Made by a program: the position numbers and the translations under genes. A DNA stretch of 64,000 nucleotides from a bacterium UBA2214 (GTDB lineage Bacteria > Zhuqueibacterota > Zhuqueibacteria > Residuimicrobiales > Residuimicrobiaceae). The DNA is taken from assembly GCA_002327255.1 (NCBI GenBank), contig DCUM01000063.1:151-64150 (forward strand), in the 5' to 3' direction. The notes below the pieces were generated by a model. The model was given only the letters and a program-made list of their open reading frames with translations, searched no databases and was not told the origin of the DNA. Below, piece after piece: positions 9,406-18,231 of the stretch; the first letter of the stretch is position 1, and every line of letters starts with the position of its first letter.

Positions 9406-10724
9406 AAAAAGTGCTCATCATCTCCTATTATTTCCCGCCCTCCGGGGGGTCCGGCGTACAGCGCACCCTCAAATTCGTCAAATATCTGCAGGCGTTTGGC
9501 TGGATGCCCGTCGTGCTGACCGCCAGAGATGCGGATTATCCGGCCTACGATGAGACCCTGTGCGCGGAGATACCCGGCACGGTCAAGGTCTACAGGGCGC
9601 CGTTGTTCGAACCCTACCGCCTCTATCGCAAATTCACCGGCCGTTCCGCCGCTGCAGCAACGGACATCGCCACGCTCACCCTCGATGACCGGCACAAAAG
9701 GAGCTGGCCGGAACGCATCTCCGAATTCGTTCGCGCCAGCTTTTTCATACCCGATGCGCGCATCGCCTGGCTCTATCCGGCCTGCCGCCTGGGGAAAAAA
9801 ATTATTGAGGATGAAAATATCCGGCTGATTTTTTCTTCCGCGCCGCCCTATACCTGCCATCTCATCGGCCGCAAACTGCAGCATGCGACCGGCTTGCCCT
9901 GGGTCGCGGATTTTCGCGATTCGTGGATCGGATGGCTCTCGACGCCGCAGTGGCGGCCCAGGCCGGCACGGGCCCTGGAGAAAAGGATGGAACAGGGCGT
10001 GCTTCGCGACGCAAACCGGATTCTTACGGTATCCTGCGGCGTGAAAGAGGATTTGCTCAGCCGTAACCCGGATTGCCTCGATGAGAGATGGGCGCTCTTG
10101 CCCAACGGCTACGATGCGCAAGATTTTATCGGCCTGCCGGTCCTTCCCAAACGGCAAGGTCTCACCATCACCTACACCGGCTCCCTCTATGGCAACCGTA
10201 ATCCCCATTATTTGTTGAAAGCGCTCGAATTTTTACAATCGCAGGGAAATCCGCACGTCGATGCATTGCGGATTCTCCTGGTGGGCCGGGTTGGAGAAGC
10301 CATTCTCGGGGAAATTGCAGATTCAAAAGCGGGGCATTTATTCGAGCATATCCCGTATGTCAAACACCGCGAGAGTCTGGCGTACTTGCAGAACAGTGAC
10401 GCCTCCCTGCTCATCATCGACGACGCTCCGGCCAATCGCGGCATCCTCACCGGAAAGATCTATGAATACATCGGCGCCGGGCATCCCATCATCGCGCTGG
10501 CGCCGGAAGGTGAAGCCGCGAACCTCATCCGCGTAAACCGGCTCGGCTGGGTCGCGCCCCCCAACGATCCCCTCGCCATCGCCCGGGTGCTGGACACCGC
10601 ACTCACCCAGCTGAAGAATAATCCGCAAAGGGGCGCGGCCGCCGCGCCTGAACGCTTCGAACGCCGCGCCCAAACCGGACTGCTTGCACAGCTCTTTGAC
10701 GAGCTCACGCAAGACGCATCATGA
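9402..10724 (+). CDS. Glycosyltransferase with a GT4-like N-terminal domain
   Basis: N-terminal IISYYFPPSGGSGVQR (Glyco_trans_4_4-like), and a C-terminal GT-B domain. ATGA start/stop overlap with the upstream methyltransferase. Confidence 0.75.
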   Translation: MKKVLIISYYFPPSGGSGVQRTLKFVKYLQAFGWMPVVLTARDADYPAYDETLCAEIPGTVKVYRAPLFEPYRLYRKFTGRSAAAATDIATLTLDDRHKRSWPERISEFVRASFFIPDARIAWLYPACRLGKKIIEDENIRLIFSSAPPYTCHLIGRKLQHATGLPWVADFRDSWIGWLSTPQWRPRPARALEKRMEQGVLRDANRILTVSCGVKEDLLSRNPDCLDERWALLPNGYDAQDFIGLPVLPKRQGLTITYTGSLYGNRNPHYLLKALEFLQSQGNPHVDALRILLVGRVGEAILGEIADSKAGHLFEHIPYVKHRESLAYLQNSDASLLIIDDAPANRGILTGKIYEYIGAGHPIIALAPEGEAANLIRVNRLGWVAPPNDPLAIARVLDTALTQLKNNPQRGAAAAPERFERRAQTGLLAQLFDELTQDAS

Positions 10725-11960
10725 GGAGGCCTGGAGCGTCCTTTTGACCAGATAATAATAGAGGAGAAAGCCCAGGCTGGTGGAGAGGACGTTCGCCCAC
10801 GCAGCGCCGTACATGCCCAGGCGCGGGATCAATGCCAGATTGGCGGCCAGATTGACGGAAACCTGTATCAGCGACATGATGAATATTTTCCACTGCAGGT
10901 CGCTGGCGATCAGAAAAGTCACATTGGCATATTGCAGAAAAAAGAAAAAAATGCTGATGGTCAGCACTTGCAAGACGGGAGCTGCGGGCGCAAAGGCTTC
11001 TCCAAAAACGAGCCGCACCGCCCAGGGGCCGAGCCCGTAAACGGCCGCCGCGACCGCTGCGCCGGCGGCAGCCAGGATCCCCAGCGTTTTGTAATAATCG
11101 GCCCTGATCCGGTTCGCATGGTTGACATAGTTCCGGGCAAAACGGGGTACCAGGACGATACTGACCGCTGCCGGCAGAATCAACGTCACGTCCATGATGC
11201 GATGGGCATTGAAATAGTATCCCGCCTGGGCGGCGTCCGTTGCCAGCGCCTTTAATAAAATCTGATCGAGACGCCCATGCATCATTTCCACGGCGCCGAG
11301 CAGCGCGAAGGGAAATGAAAGCAGCAGCAACTGACGCCAGGCGTCGGGCTGAATGCTGCAGCGTATTTTCAAGCCCGCCCGGGAGAGAATCGCACCCAGC
11401 CAGACGACATAAACGATGAACGCAAGGGCCAGGGAGCACAACACGGCGGTCAGGTAGAGCCCGGCCTGAATGATCAACAGCAAAAACGCCAGCTTGCTCA
11501 CTTCAAAAACGACAATGGCCGCCGCCGCGGGGCGCATGCGTTCCCAGGCGCGCAAAATGCCGTCGAACGTCAATCCCAAAGAATAGGGCAGGATGGATAA
11601 CAGGGCGACAGGCGCCAGCTGCAGCACCCGTTCATCCCGGTAGCCGATCAGGGCGATCACGCCCAGCCACACGGCAAAACTGATGGCGGAGAGAATCAAG
11701 CGCAGGGTTACGACGCGATCAAGGAATGCCTGTGCCGAGGTTGGCGCCCGGGCAATATCGCGTACCAGCATGCGATTGATGCCAAAATCGGCGATGACGT
11801 TGCCGAAGCTGATGTAGGCGAACAGCGTGCCGTAAACGCCGATATCGGCGGCGCCCAGATAACGGCTGAGGATGATGATATAGACCAGGGAGATGACCCG
11901 GCTCAGGGCATTGGCGGAGAGGATGGAAGTGAAATTTACCGCTAGTTTCCGCAGCGACAT
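10719..11960 (-). CDS. Wzx-like polysaccharide/O-unit flippase (MOP superfamily)
   Basis: About 12 predicted TM helices with a flippase-like N-terminus LSANALSRVISLVYIIILSRYLG. ATG at 11960 has a GGGAG site about 7 nt upstream; the track start at 11993 is TTG. Confidence 0.75.
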   Translation of the reverse strand: MSLRKLAVNFTSILSANALSRVISLVYIIILSRYLGAADIGVYGTLFAYISFGNVIADFGINRMLVRDIARAPTSAQAFLDRVVTLRLILSAISFAVWLGVIALIGYRDERVLQLAPVALLSILPYSLGLTFDGILRAWERMRPAAAAIVVFEVSKLAFLLLIIQAGLYLTAVLCSLALAFIVYVVWLGAILSRAGLKIRCSIQPDAWRQLLLLSFPFALLGAVEMMHGRLDQILLKALATDAAQAGYYFNAHRIMDVTLILPAAVSIVLVPRFARNYVNHANRIRADYYKTLGILAAAGAAVAAAVYGLGPWAVRLVFGEAFAPAAPVLQVLTISIFFFFLQYANVTFLIASDLQWKIFIMSLIQVSVNLAANLALIPRLGMYGAAWANVLSTSLGFLLYYYLVKRTLQASS

Positions 11961-12067
11961 GGTCCGTGCTCCCGTGACGAGGTGATGGAACAATAGTTAA
12001 CCCTTGTAAATATAGAAAAATGATCGTTAGCATCAAAAAGCTTTATTATAAAAAACACAAAGAATCG

Positions 12068-12096
12068 TTGAATTTTTTAAAAAATTGTCATATAAT
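12068..12096 (+). promoter_or_regulatory. Sigma70-type promoter candidate (TTGAAT-17-TATAAT) upstream of the YfhO-like gene
   Basis: -35 TTGAAT at 12068-12073 and -10 TATAAT at 12091-12096 with a 17-nt spacer and a TG-extended -10 context (TGTCATATAAT), inside an AT-rich divergent intergenic region. Confidence 0.4.
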
Positions 12097-12140
12097 AGAA
12101 AATAAATTTGGCGACTTTCCATCCTTATCATGAGGATTTT

Positions 12141-14684
12141 GTGAAAAAAAAGAAATCAGCACAAATGCAGGCGGTTGAAACGCCCAAAATCGAGCCCGAG
12201 AACTTTGTCACCAGGCACCCGGTAGCGCTCCTGATCGTGATCGCTATGGTGCTCCTGATGATTCTCTATGCTCCCGTGATGCTGGGCGGGAAAACCTTTC
12301 AGGCGCCGGACCAACTCAGTTCCAGGGCCACGGCGCCTTTTGTCAAGGATGCCCTTTCCCGAGGCATCACCCCCCTGTGGTGTCCCTATGTTTTCGGCGG
12401 CATGCCTTCCTTTGGCAGTCTGCTCAGCGCCCCCCGTATCAACTTTGTCGATGAGACGATCAACGGGTTCATGAAAGCGGCGGCCTTGCCCGAGTTCACC
12501 TTCATCCTGCTCAACTATCTGTTGTTTGCCCTGTGCATGTATCTGCTCCTGCGGGCCTTTAAAGTGAGCGCCCTGCCGGCACTGGTCTCTGCCATCGCCG
12601 TCATTTTTTTGCCGCAATTTGTCGCCTTCACCGCATTCGGCCACAACACCAAATTCCTCGCGGTTGCGTTGATTCCGCTCATCCTTTTTTTGACGCATCG
12701 CATGCTGGAAACCAAAAACTGGCTCTATTTCAGTCTCACCGCGCTGGCCATCGGCCTGCAAATGGTGCGCGCACATATACAGGTCAGCTATTACACCTTT
12801 TTGGTGCTGGGCATCTATTTTCTCTACAAGGAGATCGCGGATTTTCGCCGCAATGGCAGCTTTAAATCCCTGCTGCACGCCACCGGATTGCTGGCCGGTG
12901 CTGTTGCGGCCGGCGTCCTGCTTTCGATGATCCTCTACACCTCGGTGCTGGACTACCAGCATTTCTCCATTCGCGGCGGCGGTACGGATGGGGGACTGGA
13001 TTACGATTATGCCTCCAACTGGTCATTTCATCCGCTGGAAATGGTCACCTTCTTCATCCCCTCTTTTATGGGGTTTGGCGGTGAAACGTACTGGGGCAAC
13101 ATGCCTTTCACCGATTATCCGCTCTATTTCAGCATTGTGATCTTTTTCCTGGCGGGGATCGCCTTTGTATTGCGCAGAGACCGGATCACCTGGATTATGG
13201 GGATTGTCGTTCTCTTCGCGCTGCTGGTCTCTTTTGGCAAGCACTTTCCCATACTCTACACCCCTCTGTTCAAATTCCTGCCCTACTTCAACAAGTTTCG
13301 CATCCCCAGTATGATTCATATCGTGCTCGATATCGGCATGGTCGTCCTGGCGGGAATCGGTCTGCAAGCGCTCCTGGAATTCAAGGACAAGGCGCTCAAA
13401 ACCCTGGAAAGAGCCGCCCTGAACAAACAGCTGATGCGCTATATCTCTATTTTCACCGGCCTGGTCGCCATCCTGACCCTGGTGGTGGTTTTGGGCAAAG
13501 GCCTCTATCTGGATATGGCGGGAAGCGGCAACATCCCCCTGAATGATGCCCAACGCAGCCAGGCTTACAACAAGGCGGTGGTGGACAGCTTCAAATCCAT
13601 TCTCCTCCTGGGGGTTGCCCTTACGTTGATCCTGCAATTTCTCAAAAACAAATTCACACGATTGACGCTATCACTGTCCTTGCTGACCCTGATCATCATC
13701 GATCTCTGGATGGTCAATATGCGCATCATCCAGCCGCGGGCCGCGGAGGATGAAAAAGCCTTTTTTGCCCCCACAGCGGTGGTCAACTATCTGAAACAGG
13801 ATAGAGATCTGTTTCGTATTTTTCCCGTATTGGATGATAAAAGCGGCAACTGGTACATGCGCCACTTTGTGCAAAATATTTCCGGATACAGCGCCGCCAA
13901 GCTGCGGATTTATCAGGAATTTCTCGAAGAAACGGGCTACGGCAGCCAGGACCGCTATGGCCTGAACAGCTTCATGTCCAAATACTGGCGCTTCGCCATG
14001 CGCGACAATCGCGTTTCTCCGATGGAGGTTCCGTATGATCAGATTGCGCCGGGACGGCTGGCCTTTGATGCGGCCATGCTCGATATGCTGAATGTCAAAT
14101 ATCTGGTGCTGCAATATTTGCCCCTGAATGACCCCAGATATCAACCGGTTGCCAATCCGGAGCAGTTGCCCATATACCGGAATACGACGGTCCTGCCACG
14201 CGCCTTTTTCGCCGATTCAACCATCCAGCTTTCGGGCCGCAAAACCATATTTGATTATATGAAAAGTGGCCGCTTCAATCCGCGCCGTCTCGCCATTGTC
14301 GAAGAAAAGGCCCCCTTTGCCGTGCAGCCCGCGGGTGACAACAGCGTCCGCGTCACCGAATATGATATTCACACCATCAAACTGTCGGCCAGCGTCCGCA
14401 ATCCGGGTTTTCTCGTGCTCAGCGAAGTCTATTACCCTTCGGGTTGGAAGGCGTTTGTGAACGGCCGTGAAAGCAAAATCTATAAAACCAATTATATTCT
14501 GCGCGGGCTCTTTCTGCCGCCGGGCGATCATGAGATCGTTTTCAAGTTCGCGCCTTCCTCCTACCGGCAGGGCGTCTGGATCAGCACGGTGACGTTGCTG
14601 GGCTTGCTCGCCCTGTTGGCCTATTGCGGCTGGCGCGCCTATCAGAACTATCGGCGCGGCAGAACCGCGGCCAAACCAGCCTGA
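12141..14684 (+). CDS. YfhO-family polytopic membrane protein (glycosyl transfer to envelope polymers)
   Basis: About 850 aa with many N-terminal TM helices, a large extracytoplasmic domain and a C-terminal TM, matching the size and topology of YfhO. GTG at 12141 follows GAGG; the track start at 12108 is an alternative. Confidence 0.65.
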   Translation: MKKKKSAQMQAVETPKIEPENFVTRHPVALLIVIAMVLLMILYAPVMLGGKTFQAPDQLSSRATAPFVKDALSRGITPLWCPYVFGGMPSFGSLLSAPRINFVDETINGFMKAAALPEFTFILLNYLLFALCMYLLLRAFKVSALPALVSAIAVIFLPQFVAFTAFGHNTKFLAVALIPLILFLTHRMLETKNWLYFSLTALAIGLQMVRAHIQVSYYTFLVLGIYFLYKEIADFRRNGSFKSLLHATGLLAGAVAAGVLLSMILYTSVLDYQHFSIRGGGTDGGLDYDYASNWSFHPLEMVTFFIPSFMGFGGETYWGNMPFTDYPLYFSIVIFFLAGIAFVLRRDRITWIMGIVVLFALLVSFGKHFPILYTPLFKFLPYFNKFRIPSMIHIVLDIGMVVLAGIGLQALLEFKDKALKTLERAALNKQLMRYISIFTGLVAILTLVVVLGKGLYLDMAGSGNIPLNDAQRSQAYNKAVVDSFKSILLLGVALTLILQFLKNKFTRLTLSLSLLTLIIIDLWMVNMRIIQPRAAEDEKAFFAPTAVVNYLKQDRDLFRIFPVLDDKSGNWYMRHFVQNISGYSAAKLRIYQEFLEETGYGSQDRYGLNSFMSKYWRFAMRDNRVSPMEVPYDQIAPGRLAFDAAMLDMLNVKYLVLQYLPLNDPRYQPVANPEQLPIYRNTTVLPRAFFADSTIQLSGRKTIFDYMKSGRFNPRRLAIVEEKAPFAVQPAGDNSVRVTEYDIHTIKLSASVRNPGFLVLSEVYYPSGWKAFVNGRESKIYKTNYILRGLFLPPGDHEIVFKFAPSSYRQGVWISTVTLLGLLALLAYCGWRAYQNYRRGRTAAKPA

Positions 14685-14753
14685 TCCGGTTTGTGCCGCT
14701 GCCACCGATCCCGATCCGGAGAAAACAACAACTATCATGAAATCCATCTATCC

Positions 14754-14780
14754 GGGTGAGCGTTCCGCTCACCCTTTTTT
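14754..14780 (+). terminator. Rho-independent terminator
   Basis: GGGTGAGCG-ttcc-GCTCACCC followed by T6, directly after the YfhO-like gene. Confidence 0.65.
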
Positions 14781-14793
14781 ATGAGGCTGCATC

Positions 14794-15984
14794 ATGTCCC
14801 TGCGCAAAACGCTCTATATGTTTTCCGGCACGCTTCGCGGTGTTTTCGTTCTCATGGTCCTTCTATGTATTTTTGCCATCCATTATTACATTCAGGGACT
14901 GGTCGAAGATTTGCGCAAGCAGTCGCGCGATATCGCGACCTTTTATGCGATGATCGTGCAGCGCCTTGGCACCGATGTGGATCAGCCGGAAGTGCTGAAC
15001 TGGTTGTTCGAAAATGTCGTCTTTCGAACGACCTTTCCCCTGGTGGTGACCGATAGCCAGGGGACCCCCAGCTCCTGGCAGGGCCTCAGCGTTCCCGACA
15101 CACTGCGCAGTGAGGAAGCCTTTCAGAAAGTCAAAGAAATCCTTAAAAAAATGCGCCAGGAAAATGAGCCGCTGCCCATCACCTACGAGTCACAGGTCAT
15201 CAGCTATCTCTATTACGGGGATTCCATCCTGATCACCAAGCTGCAGTATTTGCCGTACCTGACGTTGAGCGGATTGGGTCTGCTCATGCTGGTGGCTTTT
15301 CTCAGTTTCAGCAGCATCAAGAGCAGCGAACAGCGCTTCATCTGGGTGGGCATGGCCAAAGAGACGGCCCATCAGTTGGGAACGCCGATTTCCTCCCTGT
15401 TGGGATGGCTCGAGATCATGAAATCCGGGGATATCGACAAGCTCAAAAAAGCGCGTACCCTGGCGGACATGGAAGCGGATGTCAACCGCCTCGAAAAAGT
15501 CGCGGCCCGTTTTTCTCATATCGGTTCGGCCGCTCATTTGACGCCGCAGGATATCCACCAGCCCCTTCACGAAGTGGTGGAATATCTGCGCAAACGGCTG
15601 CCCAAAACCGGCAAAGAAACCCGTCTCGTGGAAAATTTCGGCCAGCTGCCGCCGGTGCCCCTGAATCGTGAGTTGTTTGAATGGGCGATAGAAAATCTCA
15701 TCAAAAATGCCATCGATGCCGCGCAGGGAAAAAAGGGGCTCATCGAAATCAATACCGGCATGCTTTCGGAAAAAAAGTTGTTTGTTGATATCCGGGATAA
15801 CGGCACAGGGATACAGGCCAAAAGACGACGGGACATTTTTAAGGCGGGGTATAGCACGAAAAAGCGCGGCTGGGGACTCGGATTGAATTTCACCAAACGG
15901 ATTATCGAAGAATACCACAATGGCCGCCTCTTCATCAAGGAGACCCACCCGGGAAAAGGAACCACCATGCGGATTATTCTATGA
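14794..15984 (+). CDS. Sensor histidine kinase (two TM helices, HisKA, HATPase_c)
   Basis: H-box HQLGTPISSLLGWLEIM, N-box NLIKNAIDA, and G-boxes DNGTGI and GWGLGLNF. Confidence 0.85.
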   Translation: MSLRKTLYMFSGTLRGVFVLMVLLCIFAIHYYIQGLVEDLRKQSRDIATFYAMIVQRLGTDVDQPEVLNWLFENVVFRTTFPLVVTDSQGTPSSWQGLSVPDTLRSEEAFQKVKEILKKMRQENEPLPITYESQVISYLYYGDSILITKLQYLPYLTLSGLGLLMLVAFLSFSSIKSSEQRFIWVGMAKETAHQLGTPISSLLGWLEIMKSGDIDKLKKARTLADMEADVNRLEKVAARFSHIGSAAHLTPQDIHQPLHEVVEYLRKRLPKTGKETRLVENFGQLPPVPLNRELFEWAIENLIKNAIDAAQGKKGLIEINTGMLSEKKLFVDIRDNGTGIQAKRRRDIFKAGYSTKKRGWGLGLNFTKRIIEEYHNGRLFIKETHPGKGTTMRIIL

Positions 15985-16733
15985 GCCGGACGGACAAATT
16001 GCACGGCCGCCTTGCGGTGGTCACGGGCAGCGCGCGCGGGTTGGGGCGCAGTATGGCCATCACACTCGCCGGAGAGGGCGCCCGCGTGGCCATTCACTAT
16101 AAAACCCGAAAAGAGGAAGCCGCGCTGACGGTTGCACATCTGCGCAACGGCGGAGCGGAAGCCATGGCCTTTCAGGCCGACCTTTGCAGTTGGGATGAAA
16201 CGCAAAACCTGATATCAGCGGTATTGAAACACTTTGGCCGTATCGACATTCTCGTCAACAACGTCGGCCCCTTCGGGGAAAAATCCTTTCTGGAAACGAC
16301 CCCTCTGGAATGGCGCGAGATGCTCGATGGCAATTTGCTGACCACTGTTCATGCCTGCCGCGCGGTGTGGCCCTTCATGCAGGAACAAAAGTACGGCCGG
16401 ATCATCAATCTGGGGCTCGCGAGTGCCGATCGCATCCATGCCTATCAAAACATCATTCCTTACGGCATCGCCAAAACGGGTGTGTTGATCCTGAGCAAAT
16501 CATTGGCAGTAGAGGGCGCTCCTTTTGGCATTACCGTGAATGTGCTGGCACCCGGTTTGATGAACAACGGCGACCTGTCCGAATCGGAATCGGCGCGGCT
16601 CGCCAAAAAAATTCCCGGTGGCCGCACCGGAACGGCCGGGGATCTGGGCGCAGCCCTCCTCTTTCTGGCCGGCGAAGCCTCCGCCTATGTAACCGGCGCA
16701 CAAATTCCCGTCAGCGGAGGATGGGGCTTGTAA
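15981..16733 (+). CDS. SDR-family oxidoreductase (FabG-like)
   Basis: VVTGSARGLGRSMA Rossmann motif, NNVG, and an SDR catalytic Y-x3-K region. ATGA start/stop overlap with the kinase gene. Confidence 0.85.
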   Translation: MSRTDKLHGRLAVVTGSARGLGRSMAITLAGEGARVAIHYKTRKEEAALTVAHLRNGGAEAMAFQADLCSWDETQNLISAVLKHFGRIDILVNNVGPFGEKSFLETTPLEWREMLDGNLLTTVHACRAVWPFMQEQKYGRIINLGLASADRIHAYQNIIPYGIAKTGVLILSKSLAVEGAPFGITVNVLAPGLMNNGDLSESESARLAKKIPGGRTGTAGDLGAALLFLAGEASAYVTGAQIPVSGGWGL

Positions 16734-17498
16734 TCAATGCCGGTACGCTTCCGGCGTGCGCGGATATCGCACGGACGGTGCCACTGCGGGCCTTTCTGAT
16801 GGTGACTGGATGGAAGAGGATGGTTGTGAAGCCGTGCCAATGCGAACCCCCGCCTTCGATATATAAATCTCGACCCCTTCTCCATCTGCAGGCATAAACG
16901 GCTCGCTGCGGACGATGGTGACCACTGTCAGACCCAGCACCCCATTTATACGCTGGATTATTTGCCAGAGGCTGTTTGTAGTCCCCCCGGCCAATCGCTG
17001 TTCTCCCGCCTCTTTTTCATAGGGATCATAGCCGCGCAGGTGCGTCAGCCGGAACATCTGCGGGAAACCACCCTTAGCGAGCACACCTCCCCATTGCAAC
17101 CATTCAGCGTCCACGACAAAGCGCTCTCCCTTGAGCGCATATTCCCGGGATGTGCCCGGTTGTTTCCCTTCATACGGAGTATGCTCTATCCAATAGACGC
17201 CCGCCTGGGTTGACTGCTTTATGAAGGTGAGGCGCGCAGCCAAAACCTCGCCGCGTAACGGGGCATAGTAATAGAAACAGGAACCCCCATAAATTAAAAC
17301 GACCACCAGGAGCATCATCAGGGCCAGCTTTACCAGCGTCCATCGGAAAGAAGCGCTGCTTGCCGCTTTGCCCGCGGGCCTTTTCGCGTTGCCCGTCACT
17401 TTGCCCATGCCAAGCAGCAACTGGGCTGCCACCAGGCTAACCATAAAAAGAATGGCATAGACCACCCATGTATTCGTGTTTGCCATATTTCCCATCAC
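16734..17498 (-). CDS. Hypothetical membrane-anchored protein
   Basis: Two N-terminal TM segments and a low-complexity S/P-rich C-terminus. It abuts the SDR gene stop with no spacer, so the C-terminus is uncertain. Confidence 0.45.
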   Translation of the reverse strand: MMGNMANTNTWVVYAILFMVSLVAAQLLLGMGKVTGNAKRPAGKAASSASFRWTLVKLALMMLLVVVLIYGGSCFYYYAPLRGEVLAARLTFIKQSTQAGVYWIEHTPYEGKQPGTSREYALKGERFVVDAEWLQWGGVLAKGGFPQMFRLTHLRGYDPYEKEAGEQRLAGGTTNSLWQIIQRINGVLGLTVVTIVRSEPFMPADGEGVEIYISKAGVRIGTASQPSSSIQSPSERPAVAPSVRYPRTPEAYRH

Positions 17499-17502
17499 GC
17501 CC

Positions 17503-18231
17503 TCACTGTGCTATAAGGATCACTTCGTCATGACTCATGGCGCCGAACACGCCCAGCGCTCCTTGCAGGCGAAACAGCGGCGGCTGATCCTCGGCGACAC
17601 GCAAATAATCATGGTAATTGGCATCAAGCGCCGCCACCTTCAGAACATAGATGTCCGGTTGCGCCAGCAGGAAGGGATAAAAGGTGGTATGCAAAGAGTC
17701 GGTGCCGACCTCTGCGGAGAAGCCAAACATATTTCCCCGGACGCTGACCTGATAGCGCGGCGCGCGCGCTTTGCTTTCCCACGCGATCTCCACGGCCGTA
17801 TAAGCCGGTACGGGGATGCCGGGTTGTGGCGTCGTGATCCCTGGCGGGTGCGGAATGGTGCATTCGCCCCGCACCTGCCTGCCATCGGAGAGCACAATCT
17901 GCAGCCGGTATTTTTTCCCCGCCATCAACTGCAAGACGTCCGCTGCCTCCACATACAAACCATTCACCAGATGGGAAAATGGCACCGCCTGGTTGTCCGA
18001 TGTGATGGTCACCCTGGCATCGGCGATGCCACGATTTTCAGGAACCACCTCGGTGACCGGATAGCTCTGTTCGATGTGAATGATTTTTTGCTGATTGTTC
18101 AACAGCAAAAGCGCAAAGACATTTATTTCCGGCGCATAGCTGAACTCGGTCACCTGGGGCGTCTCGGCGCAAGCCACCAGCAGAAGCAGCAGGCCGGTTA
18201 TGAACCCTCTAAAACGCAAAGTCCACTCCAA
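17503..18231 (-). CDS. Lipoprotein, DUF4249-like (accessory to a TonB-dependent receptor)
   Basis: Signal peptide with lipobox (LLLVACA) and a C-terminal GALGVFGA motif typical of DUF4249, located immediately downstream of the TonB-dependent receptor gene. Confidence 0.55.
   Translation of the reverse strand: MEWTLRFRGFITGLLLLLVACAETPQVTEFSYAPEINVFALLLLNNQQKIIHIEQSYPVTEVVPENRGIADARVTITSDNQAVPFSHLVNGLYVEAADVLQLMAGKKYRLQIVLSDGRQVRGECTIPHPPGITTPQPGIPVPAYTAVEIAWESKARAPRYQVSVRGNMFGFSAEVGTDSLHTTFYPFLLAQPDIYVLKVAALDANYHDYLRVAEDQPPLFRLQGALGVFGAMSHDEVILIAQ

Noticed and set aside
10705-11439. 244-aa ORF on the same strand as the Wzx flippase gene.
   Set aside because: It is in a different frame from the 12-TM flippase that spans the same region, has a Pro/Arg-rich composition and no motifs.
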